Positions 45,138 to 57,600 of a DNA stretch of 64,000 nucleotides are shown here, piece by piece. The position numbers were made by a program, and so were the translations under genes. The stretch is from positions 9,850,432 through 9,914,431 of the forward strand of contig CM119263.1 in assembly GCA_051294375.1 (NCBI GenBank), read 5' to 3'. The notes under the pieces were generated by a model. It was not told the DNA's origin. It did not search any database and saw only the letters and a program-made list of their open reading frames with translations. The DNA is from Paraspadella gotoi. Lineage: Eukaryota > Animalia > Chaetognatha. The first letter of the stretch is position 1. Every line of letters begins with the position of its first letter.

Positions 45138-47271
45138 ACTTTATATTATTTTTATAACATTTATTAGTTAGAAAACTTGACGTTTATATTGACCTCAAAA
45201 AATGTTCAAATTTCCTAATATTATAATTAATATAATTACAGTGGCTCTCAAGCGTGGAGTTACTTTTCTTCATTTTTTGTCCAAATTTTAAATTTTTAAC
45301 AGTTTTTAATGCTGATTGAAAAGTTATTTGATATAAAAATGAAAATTTTTAGTGATAAAAAGTCAGTTTGGTGATTTTTTATTATAAAAAAAATTCTCAG
45401 GTAAAACCTAACTTATTTGCTATGATAACTATTATTTACCAACAAAATCGTCTTTCATAATTTTTTCCCCCAAATTGAAATTTTTATTTTTAATAGATTT
45501 TAAAGGGAAAACTTGATGATTATTATCAAATATTATTCATATTATAATTTTTAATTCTGGTTCATGATACATATAATACATTATCTTATTAATAAAAATT
45601 TTTTTTAAAGCATAAGGATCCTCGCAATCGCATAAGAAAAATCTGGATTGACGACAAATTTTGATACTAAAAAAAATATTTGAGAAAAGAAAATTAATTT
45701 ATTGAATTATGTTTTCCGCTCTTGCGTCATCTCAGTTTTCGCAGTAATATAATTTTTTTCCATTTTTTTAATTTTTCTATAGTTGAAAAAAAAAAAATTA
45801 CATAACTTGTATTATTTGTTCAAATAATTGTTTTAAATTTATTTTAATTGCTATTTTTATATTTTTTAAACGGTTAACAATTGGGTTAAACGGGGTTAGG
45901 GATTAGGGCTGGTTAGGGATTAGATGTCGTTAGGGGTAGTTAGGGTTTAAGGGTAGTTCGCGGAGTTTTTTAAATTTAATTTCATGGTATAATCCTTTCT
46001 TTCGTTGTTGTATGAGTCTTAAGTCATGTGGTCGTTGAGGGAAAAGAGAGAGAGAGAGTCGAGTGAGCTCGGCCTCATTTCAATATTTTCGATAAAAAAT
46101 ATATATGATTATCATTAATGTATTTAAGATACAGAGCTTGCTGTCTCAGTCATTCTTGACGGATGCACAAAGCGGGCCAAAATTGGACACTTTTTATAAC
46201 TCTTAAAACATTTTTTCCCTTCTACTTCTAAATAGTTTTTCAATGCAACTTATTGAATTAGTTCATTGGGTTGTTGCACTGAAGCTTTTAAATATTTAAT
46301 AATATATAACAAATAACAAAATTTAAAAAAAAAAAAAAGAATGGATTCCTATAGAGCTTGAAAAGTTAAATGAAAGTTAGTACATTTTTTTCAAATTTTG
46401 ACAATAAATTGGTTAAAAATAGAAAAAACCTTAAAAAATCATCATTATCATTGGCTGAATTTTATAGTTTTTAAAAATTTTAATTAATAAAAAAAAGTTT
46501 TATTAATAACCTTTATCTAACTTTTAAACCTATCAAAATCTATTAAAAAGAATTTAAAAATTCAAAAAAAAATTTAAACTTTATATAGTAATAATATAAT
46601 CTTTAAATGCTTCCGTGCGATTATCAATAAGCTAAATTTTAAAAATTATTTTCATTTTCATATTCTCTAACAGTCACTTAACCATTATTTATTTGAGAGA
46701 ACTTCTAGATTTAAACCTGTTCCGGCCTAGTATACATACTGTATACATTCAAATAACAACATTGAACAAAATTATACAGTAATACAAATAATTAATATTT
46801 TTGTACATGTTACGTAATTTCGTAAATAAAATGATTTTTATTGAAATAAATCATTCAATATTTAATTACAAATTTTAAAATAATAATTTTGAGTCATAAT
46901 TCATCTACAAAAGAAAAATATGTTATAGGTATTAGGTATGGTGTATTAATCCTTTCTTTTTCGTTGTTTGAAATGTATTAGAGATTGACAAAGTTTGAAA
47001 TTTTACAAATACAAAATAATTTCGTTGTAAAAATTCAATCTTTGTCAATCTCTAATGGGTATTAGATAATATTGTATGAATAGTTAAGTTAAGATCTAAT
47101 TACATTCTATTGACATGATTAATTGGCGGATTAATAGTGTATGAAAAGAATTTAAATCAAAGTTAAAGCGTCTTAATAAGATAATAGAAAAAGGTTATGA
47201 TATGCGCATATAGTTTAATATAAATATTAAATAATAATGATGTTTTCCAAGACAAAGGAGTAAAAGAGAAG

Positions 47272-50200
47272 CTAATCTGGGTTAAGCAGCAGACAAGTTC
47301 CTTCAAGTGTCCACAGGCTGTGATGTTCCTCAGTATATAGATCCGCTTCAAAGACAAGGCCAATACCCATCGCATTACGTCGTTGTGATGTTGTATAGAC
47401 GGGGGTTCTGTATGTATTCTAAAAAAAAATAAGTATTGCAAATGACTTGGAGCAATTTTGATGTAGTTCAAATTTATTAAAGATTGTTCGAGGCAAAAAA
47501 AATATTCATCAAAAATATTAAAAATTATCATCATGACAAAAATATTTTTATATATAATTGGAAATACAGTGTAATTTGATTTAGCGATACTTACCAAAAA
47601 AATATTACAATATCGTAGAAATATTATTCGTGCAAAAGATTTAATTTAAAACCTTAGCAATTAGCCTCTTATTTTACCTGTAGTTTCAAACGATGGGATT
47701 CAATTGGAATAACTTTCAATACCGGTAATTCTTGTATTAATTCTTTCGGCTGTGATTTCACGAGACAACCAAGATTATTGTCCCATTTGGCTCCTTCGAG
47801 ATATAAACCTCTAATGAAACAACCTGTTCACAAAAATTAGGTTTTCATTTTTTTAAATGGTACTTCCAAAAATCTAAATATCAAACTTTGAACCTGGCGA
47901 CTAAAAACAAGATCGATTCAACTCTTTTTCTTTCTTTCTCTCTCTCTCTCTACTTTTTATGTTAGAGCTTTCGTAAGTATATTCATATTTTTAAGGGCTT
48001 TCTGAGGATATTAATATTGTTAATAATTTAATAAATACTTTGTTTAAAAAAGTGATAAAAGTTCCAAAAAAAAAAAGAATTTAAAAACAGTGAGTTGGAA
48101 AATGAAACCCGATTTGACAAGCCAACTTTCTCCACTCATTGTCATCTTAACTGATCAATATAAAATTTTAACACATAAATAGTTTTAGTATTTTCTACTC
48201 AACTCAATTTTAAAATCAATGAAATAACCACTGGTTTGCAAATGACAGCGTATTTCTACCGGCGCTTGTAAAATTGTCACCATGTACTAATAATGCAAAC
48301 CCACGAATTCTGGACAAGAATATAATGGATCTACTTGCTTTGGTGCAGAATACACATATGTCCCCTCTGCCTTTAAAAACCCAAACTGTCTCCACCTCAA
48401 CTCAAACCTATTTCACCCAAGTCAATGCTTCAACCCAGACCACAAAAACCAAGGCCAGTTGCAATCAATCTACTCACGACAAAATTTTTTCACTCAATCT
48501 CCTTTTCCCAAACTACCCAAACCGCCATCATTTCTGATTCAGTTTTATCTCAAACCAGTATTGCCAAGACTGATTCTCAAGTGCAGACCGGCTTACCAAC
48601 TGTCAAAGACAAAGCTAAAGATGTAAAAACTCAAGCAGGAGATACTTCAGCTGAAAAAATCCAAGGAGAAACTTCATTTGCAAGAAAAAACTTAAACAAG
48701 AATCAACACAAAAATCAAGCCTGCTCTTATCAGTCTCCGGTCAAGAAATGGGAAACAAAATGAAAGAAATGGACCCTGGGAAGAATACATGATCCCTCAA
48801 ACCTGCGCTGAAAAGATCTATATCCCCCCTCATCGACAACCTGCTTTTGGACAACGCAAAAAAACTTAACCTCAACTGATGGAAATAGACTTACGACCAT
48901 GGTTGCGTCAGAAATTTGCCACATTTTTGGCACAGACTACCACTACAATTTTTTTGAGAATCAATATCAGTCATGGTGCAGTGGCATAACTTGTTAATGA
49001 CTGTGACATAAATTAAAAATAAACCTTTAATCATTTAAATAGCTTTGATAGAAATCCAATAGTTTTAGTATGTGACTTCTCTCACTTTTTTAGTTCTGTG
49101 TCTTTGTTTTTTTAGTCCAGAGGGAAGCATGACGATGTCATGCCACGCCATTGGGGGCCTGGACCTGACATCTTGGTCAAGAAATGGGACGCAGAGGAGG
49201 ATTTAGCCTGCCGTCCAATTCTCCTCTTCCTCTTCTTTCCTCCTCCTCCTGCCCCTCAGTATATTTTTTCTAGCAATACATTCTCTCATTTTTGCTCTTC
49301 GCGAAATATACCATTATTTTTCCCTCTATTTCTTCACACCTTCAATACCCCTCAAGGAAAATTAATGAAAAAATCCCCCCCAAAAAATGAAGGATTGGTG
49401 CCATAAATTATTGCTGTAATAATAATTGATTGATTGATGTAACAGTAATTGATTATTGTTGTGATGATAACCAAATATTGATGCGATGATAGTCATTCAT
49501 TGATGCATGATAATCATTCATTGATGCGATGATAGTCATTCATTGATGCGATGATAGTCATTCATTGATGCGATGATAGTCATTCATTGATGCGATGATA
49601 ATCATTCATTGACGCGATGATAATCATTCATTGACGCGATGATAATCATTCATTGACGCGATGAGTCATTCATTATAAATAACAAGTTTGAGCAAACAAT
49701 GTCGGATCTGCCCACGATCATTATCGGTAATTAATAAATAATTAATAATTAAATATTTAATTTATTAATAATTTATTTATGAAAGTTAATTATTTAATTA
49801 ATTAGGCAATTAATTAATTTGATCCGAAATGTTTGTTTTGATTGATTAATTGACTGATTAATTATTTGATTAATTAATACATCTTGCATTTACATTTAAA
49901 ATAAGAAGAAAAATAAGCATAATCAATTAGTGAAACAGGTTTTTTCCATTTAAACTCATTTCCACTCAAACGATTCCATCGAAACTTCATATCCAGCTCA
50001 ATCACACACTTCCCTTCCCACACACAAAATTTCTCTCCAATCCATCTATTTAATCACGAGTTATTGGTGTTTTTTGCTAAGGTGTGACGGACGGACATCG
50101 TTTTTTTTGGCATAATTTTTCATAATTCGATGTTCTGACATGATATAAGTGAATGCCCGACAAGATTGAGGGGGCGGATCGACAAAGTGAATTATAGAGT

Positions 50201-51609
50201 CGGGATCTGCTGATAAGCAAATCCGACTAAAAACAAACAAATGTGTGTATGAGTGACAGAGAGAGAGAGAGAAAAAAAGAGAGAAAGAAAGAGAGAAGCT
50301 GGACAGTGGACAGCGCTGCAGAGCGAACTCGTTTTTAGACGAATCAAGAAACAGACAGAAAAATCTTAAAATAATAGGATGGAGCCCCCCTTCAATGATA
50401 ACCAAATATTGATGCGATGATAACCAATACTTGATGCGATGATAACCAAATTATTGATGTGATGATAACCAAATGATTGATGAGATAATAACCAAATGAT
50501 TGATGTGATGATATTCATTCATTGATGCGATGATAGTCATTCATTGACGCAATAAATCATTCATCATAAATAAAAAACAACAAATGCGTGTATGAGTAAA
50601 AGAGAGAGAGAAAGAGAGAGAATAAATCCACGAAAATCTCGGATGTAAATTTGGGATTTTGCATTGAGAAAAAAACGCGGAATAAATGGCGATAATAAAA
50701 GTTTTAAAAGGAAAAAAATAATCAATTTTTTTCAAAAAACGATCACGCAAGAGATCGTACAGAGAGAGAGAGAGAGAGACAGAAAGAGAAAGACAGACAG
50801 AGACAGAAATGGAAAGAGAGAGAAAGCTGGACAGCCGCTGGGTTCAGACAAGACAGCAAATGACAAAAATAGGAAGAAAAATTTATATATAATTTAAAGA
50901 AACAAAAGAAAGGGAAAAAAATGTTACAATTGTTTTCAATTAGAAATTTTTACAATTTTTTCCAATCATAGCTTGTAAAAGATTTTATTTTTATTTGTAT
51001 TAAAATTAAGAAAAACTTCTTATTAAAAAGGTCTTTTTATTTCACATGTTTTTTATTGATTAAAAGATTTGTTTATGAATTTCATCTTCAATATTATTTA
51101 CTGCAATATGTAAATTAGATTAAAGCATTTCTATATACTAATTTGGATATTATAATGTACTATAATCTCATTTGCATATTGCAGTAAATCATAATGAGAT
51201 GGAAATTCAAACAAAAAATACTTGAATCCAAATGTAATATGAAAATTTCAGAGCTATTTCAAGATGAGAAGCCATATTTAAATTTTTAACTTACTATGAT
51301 CGCACATTTTTATAAAACTTCATTGTAATTTATAATAATTTTTATTTAAAAAAAAAGGGTAAGTCCCAACCAAAACTATAAAAGCGTAGCAGTTTTTATA
51401 TAAAAATGCGTGACGCCGACGTCACAAAGAAGCGTTATATTTTATAGTTTCTTATGAATTAGTTCATAACATTATATTTATGAGTCAATTTAAACGTTAG
51501 TGTCTTTTGTTTCTGTTGAATTTTAATAGTTTAGTTTTACTTGTTTACTGCTTTCTAGTTTTTTACACTGATACTGTTTTTGATTTTGTCAATATTGGTT
51601 TTGGTATTA

Positions 51610-51644
<35 letters not shown>

Positions 51645-54600
51645 TCATAGATATGAGTTCAGCTCTGCAGCGGCTGTCCAATTTCTCTATTTCTTTTTTT
51701 TTCTCTCTCTCTTTTAATTATATATTGCTCTCTCTCTCTCTTTTAATTATATATTGCTCTCTCTCTCTTTCTTTTTATCGAGCCTACCGGAAATTGGACA
51801 GCCGCTGCAGAGCTGAACTCATTTATATATAAAAAAATTGTTTTATAAATAAAACAAATGAGTGTAGGAATATGAAACAAAACAATTTAAACACCTCAAT
51901 GATGAAAAGCCATATCTAAATTTTCAGCTTCCTATGGTTACACACTTGAGCTATTTTCAATGTTAAAACAGCGTGATAACGACAACAACGACTACGGTCA
52001 AAAGAAGCAGAAACGAATTAACATCTCGCCCAAGTTGGGCATTCGCCCATATGGCGAGATAAAAAACCGTTACCTCATGTTATAAGATGAAGACTTCTGT
52101 AGAGGATGATTTCCAACTGAACTTTTTTTTATTCTATAATATTTTCGGGAGAAAAACAATTTATTTGTTTTGTTTCAATGAATTTTTATTAGACAACAGT
52201 TGGTCGGACATGTTTCGACTCTACAGTTAGAGTCTTCATCATCATTGTAACTAACTGTAGAGTCGAAACATGTCCGACCAACTGTTGTCTAATAAAAATT
52301 CGTTGAAACGAAAATTGTTTTTCTCCCTAAATTTGAAACACAACGAAATCGAAAGTTTGTACACAGTATTCTATAATATTCTATATTCACCTTTCCAAAT
52401 TAATTTTTTAAAGATTTAAAAAAAAAAGCTAATCTTCCCCGTATCAATTATACGACAGTAACCATGCGATTATATTTTCAAATGTTCACGTGACTGCACA
52501 AATATAAACCATATGCATATTATTCATCTTATGATACAAACAAATTAAAATTAAACTATTCCTTAATTATGTGCAATTAAAGCGTAAGTAGGACAGTCTG
52601 ACCTACCGAAACTTATAGATGCTTTGCGAGTCGTCGAAGCGCAGCTAAAAATAAGCTGCGATATATTATATATTATATATAAAAATCTTGACAAACCAAT
52701 GACCCGACCACATCGCCAGCATCCCCCATAGTTGACCCGGGGGGGGGGGTCAGCTCATTTTGAGCTTTTCTTTTTCTTATTTTTCACTTACTCTTTCACT
52801 TACCTATCCCTCAACATCCTAATTTCCATTTCATCTAAATTTCATTTCTTTATTCACTTTATTTTAATCTGAATTAATTTAAATCATCTAGTTTGTTTAA
52901 GTCTGTTTACTTATTTATTAAATTTACTATTGTTGTACATTATCTAATGTATTTTCATACCAAATGTTAACCTCTGCTTCTCTGTGTCTCTCTCTCTCTC
53001 TCTCTCTCACAAAATTTAATTTCTTTTTCCTCACATTCTCTCTCTCTCTCTCTCTCTATCTCTCTTAAACCTGTCCTCACATTTAACCACTGTCCTGTCT
53101 CATATCTTTGTTGGCCATTTCTTCTCTTTCTCTCTCTCTCTCTCTCTCCTAAAGTCAATTTAAAAAATATCAAATTGTGAATTGTCAAAGCAGTGATGAA
53201 GGCTTGAATGAAAGCCGAAACTTGTATGCACCTTTAAAAATAAAAATCGTTGATGTAAAAGATTTCGTCTTTCATTTCAAATAAAAATCTTTAAAGCATA
53301 AGGTTTGTCGAAATCGCATATGAAAAATCTGGATTGACGACAAATTTTAATACTAAAAAAAAGAAAATTTGAGAAAAGAAAATTAATTTATAAACAGAAA
53401 GAAAAAGAAGAAAAGAATAAAAAGAAAGAATAGAAAGGAAAGAAAGAATAAAAAGGAAAGAAAGAATAGAAAGGAGAGAAAGAATAGAAAGGAGAGAAAG
53501 AATAGAAAGGAAAGAAAGAATAGAAAGGAAAGAAAGAATAGAAAGGAAAGAAAGAATAGAAAAGAAAGAAAGAATAGAAAGGAAAGAAAGAAAAATAAAA
53601 ATAAAGAGAGAGAGTGACGAGAAGAAAGAACGAAATAAAAACCCAATGTTGCGATAGCAAAATGATAACATGCACGAATGCGATGCCTAATTTTACGAGT
53701 TCAATCCTAATTTAATTTTTTTTTTAATAAAAACGCAGAGAGAGAGAGAGAAGCCAAATCGTTTTCGGACGAATCAGAGAAGCAGCAGGAGAAATGAGAG
53801 AAAAAGAAAGAAAGCCCCTGCAGTGCCAAAGGAATCAGCGACGAGGGAAACGAGAGAGAGAGAGCTACATATAATTAAAATAGAAAAGAGAGAGAGAACG
53901 AGACAAAAAAATAGAAGAGCAAATTTGTTTGTTTTGATAAAACGTAAACAAAATGTATTTAATAAACATCCTCACCCAATTTCAAGGGCCTCGATGATGA
54001 GAAGCTGTATATAAATTTTAAGTTTCATAAACCAAATTTAATCTTTAAAAAGGCGATCTATAAATTGGAACGCCGCCAACGACGACGACGACACCACTTA
54101 TTTGCAAAAGCGTTACGAGATCGTCGCAAACGCAAAGTGAGGGTGTAAAGGACAGTTCTCTACCGCAGTTATAATTTCTTTCTTACCTGCATGAGCGCGT
54201 TCTGTAAGTTCTTCAGCAGTTTTAAAATGCGTAACTGCTGTATAAAGGGTAGATTTATCAAGAGGCCAACTATTTTTACGGCAAGTAGCTTGGACTAAAG
54301 CTGTCAGGTACGATTCGGGAATATGCAACCCCGAAAGCCACATTATGGCTGGTTCCCCCTGATTTACCCAAGTTATGTATTGATCAAAGCGAGATAAAAG
54401 ATGGATAATCCAGCTGCCTAAATTTTTTAGCGTAGCAGGAGCTAATCTTTTCCAAATTCCTAAAAATATTTGTAAAAATATTTAGAGCATGAAAAATAAA
54501 TAAAAAATATTATTACAAGATTTCCAAATTGTTATGTTTTATCGGTTACAATTAGCAAAAACTATAAAAATTAAAATTTAAAAAGAAAATTTTCTTATTG

Positions 54601-57600
54601 CCTATGCATTAATAAATATTTAAATACTTCAATATTATATTGTGCCTTAAAAGTAATAGTAAATATTGATCAATTATATGATGGACAAATGAATTTTATA
54701 TTACAGATCTCCAAATGATAAAAGGTGATCAATTTTTAAGCTCGCCTTACTGTATACTAAAGCGTAATAACAATTCTAAATTTAACTTTAATCAAAATTT
54801 TTAAAAAATTTTTAAAAAATTTAAAAAAAATTTTATAATAAATTTTACAATTTACGCAGTAGGCCATATTTATACAGGGGTGGGACCATATATAGAGAAA
54901 AAATTGAAAAAATCATTACTCTAAAGCTATTAATGATTTTTAAAATCTGAATAAATATTTTTATAGTACTATCTCTGAGCTTTTAGACGATATATTAATT
55001 GTTTTGAAATTCTTTGATATTATGCTTTTTTTGATGCAGCAAAAGCAACTGCTCGGTTTTCTCCACGCGGTTTGGAAGAAAAATGAATACTTATTGTCTC
55101 ATTCTAATATATATTATATAAAAGTTAAAAATATTTTGGAAGTACTCATTTGTAGTATAATAATGCTTCTGGCAAGGTGTACAATGGTACATGGTATTTT
55201 GGTTAAAAAAAATTTAAGTAAGCAGGTAAGATTTGGGTAAGTTACTGTTATGGTTTAATTTTTATTAAAACTTACTTTTATTAATAAATTTATTAACGAT
55301 ATTGTTAGATAATTAAATTTATCATGTAAGATTTCTTAATGCATAATAAAAGCATCAAAAAGGTAAGAAATACAGTAGCATCCGTCTAGAATTTCTGAGA
55401 CGGCAAGCTCTGTAACTCGAGTAGAAATGATAATTTGAAAGAGTTTTTTGTCTTGTTATCGAGGACTCATATGGCTACTCCCCCTTCGGTAAGCCATTGC
55501 TCTATGACCACTTTTGGGACATAGCAGTTTATTGTAAAAGTTTACCTTGAGTGGGATTCGAATCCTACCATTCCATTCTGCGTCGAAGTCTTAGTTTTTA
55601 ACCACTCGGCCATCTCGTTATTTAAAAAAAAATTTCAAAATCCTAAATATAAATTTTGTTTTTTCTTCTCTTTTTAGTCAGATCAGCTTTCAGCAGATTC
55701 TGACTCTATAATTCACTTTGTCAGTCCCTCAGTCTTGTCGGGCATTCACTTATATTATGTCAGAACATCGAATTATAATAAATTATTCCAAAAAAATGAT
55801 GTCCATCTGTCCCACCTTAGCAAAAAACACTAATTACTCGTGATTGGATGGATGGATTGGAATGAAATTTTGTGTGTGGGTAGGGAAGTGTGTAATTAAG
55901 CTGGATATGAAGTTTCAATGGAATCGTCTGAGTGGAAATGAGTTTGAATGAAAAAAAAAAATTACTATTTGAACACCAATTACTCATAAGTGGATGGGGC
56001 GATTGACTTAAAATTTTGTATGTGGGTAGAAAAGTGTGTGATTAAGCTGGAAATCAAGTTTCAATGGAATGGTTTGAGTGGAACTGGAAATGAGTTTAAA
56101 TAGAAAAAAACAAAAAAACGTGTTTCATTAATTGATTATGCTTTTTTCCTTTTTAAGTCAATTAATAATCAATAATTAATTATTCAGTCAATTAATCAAT
56201 CGAAACAAAATAATTAATTAACTTGAATTAATTATTAATTGATTACCAATAATGATCGTGGGCAGATCCAACATTGTTTGCTCAAACTTGTTTATGTTAC
56301 AACGTGTTATGATCTGTTAAGATCACAAATTGAAAGTCAGAAAACATTACTAAGAATTATCATCGTATTAACTTATTACCGCTTAATTATTGTAGGCAGA
56401 TCCGACATTGTTTGCTCAAACTTGTTTTTATGCAAATTGAAAACTTAAATTATTCTTTTTTCAAAACGATTTTATTCTTTCATTCTCTCAATCATTAGCC
56501 TATTTATTAATATTGATACAATAGGCGACAAGGTATAAAAACAGTTTCAGTTGTTTTACAATAAGCAACTGGTTAAAAACACTTAATAAAACACCTTAAA
56601 AGCAACGTGAAAACGTTCGACGTCGCGGCTTAACGAGGCAACTGTCTCTGACTTTTCCTCAATTTCAAACATTAAAAATAAGCCAGATATTCACTTTCTT
56701 CGTAATAATCATCGTCGTTACGACGTTCCGTCACGAATCGGGAAACTTGGGACTCGGATGTCGAAATCTCTGCCTCGAACGTTGAATTTTTTGTTTCCCA
56801 AAAAAAATTAAAAGCGAACCTACAGCTTTATATAATTTAATTTGTACAATTTTTTTAGGAAAATCATTTGGCTGAATGCTTAGCGCGCCGGATTTCAACC
56901 TAACGAAAAGGTTTCAGGTTCAAATCTGGCTGAAGCTACATTTTACAATAAGTTCTGATGTCCCAAAATTGGTCGTAGAGCAATGGCTTACCGAAGGGGG
57001 AGTAGCCATATGTGTACTCTATATCAAGACAAAAGCTCTCTTTAAAATTATCATTTGTACTCAAGTTACAGAGCTTGCCGTCTCAGAAATTCTAGACGGA
57101 TGCTACTGTACATAATTTGACAATTTAAGCATATTCGTTATAATCTTCTTAAAATTTTGTTTTACTTACCTTAACAAAAAAATCTTAAAAGCAATCGCAA
57201 TCGCATGAGAAAAATCTGGATTGACGACAAACTTTGATACTAAAAAAAATCAAATTAATTTATAAACACAAAGAAAAATTCTATTTTGTGATTGTCAATT
57301 AAAAATATAATAAAGTACCGAGGAAAAAAAGCAATTGCGATAAAAATTATATAGGTTTAATTTAAATTGGATAAAAATTAAATAGGTTTAATTTGGATAT
57401 TGATAAAAAGAATAAAATCAGGTGAATTGAAGATAAGACATGACACTGTCATGTTCAGAAACGACCACTGAAAAATATGGCTTTTATTGTATGCAATATA
57501 ATACGCGCGCAAAAAAATGACAATGTTTTGAAAACATCCATGACGCATTGTAGTTTTCTTTCGTTGTATATAAAAGTAAAAAGCCCACAAAAACTTTTGC

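Larger units (their letters stand above)
55373..57108. mobile_element. Tc1/mariner-type non-autonomous element with ~150-bp TIRs
   Basis: TA|CAGTAGCATCCGTCTAGAATTTCTGAGACGGC...CGGATGCTACTG|TA; related end at ~44623. Confidence 0.78.

Noticed and set aside
55545-55615. Functional tRNA gene
   Set aside because: A and B boxes are present but no convincing cloverleaf forms, and it lies inside a MITE.
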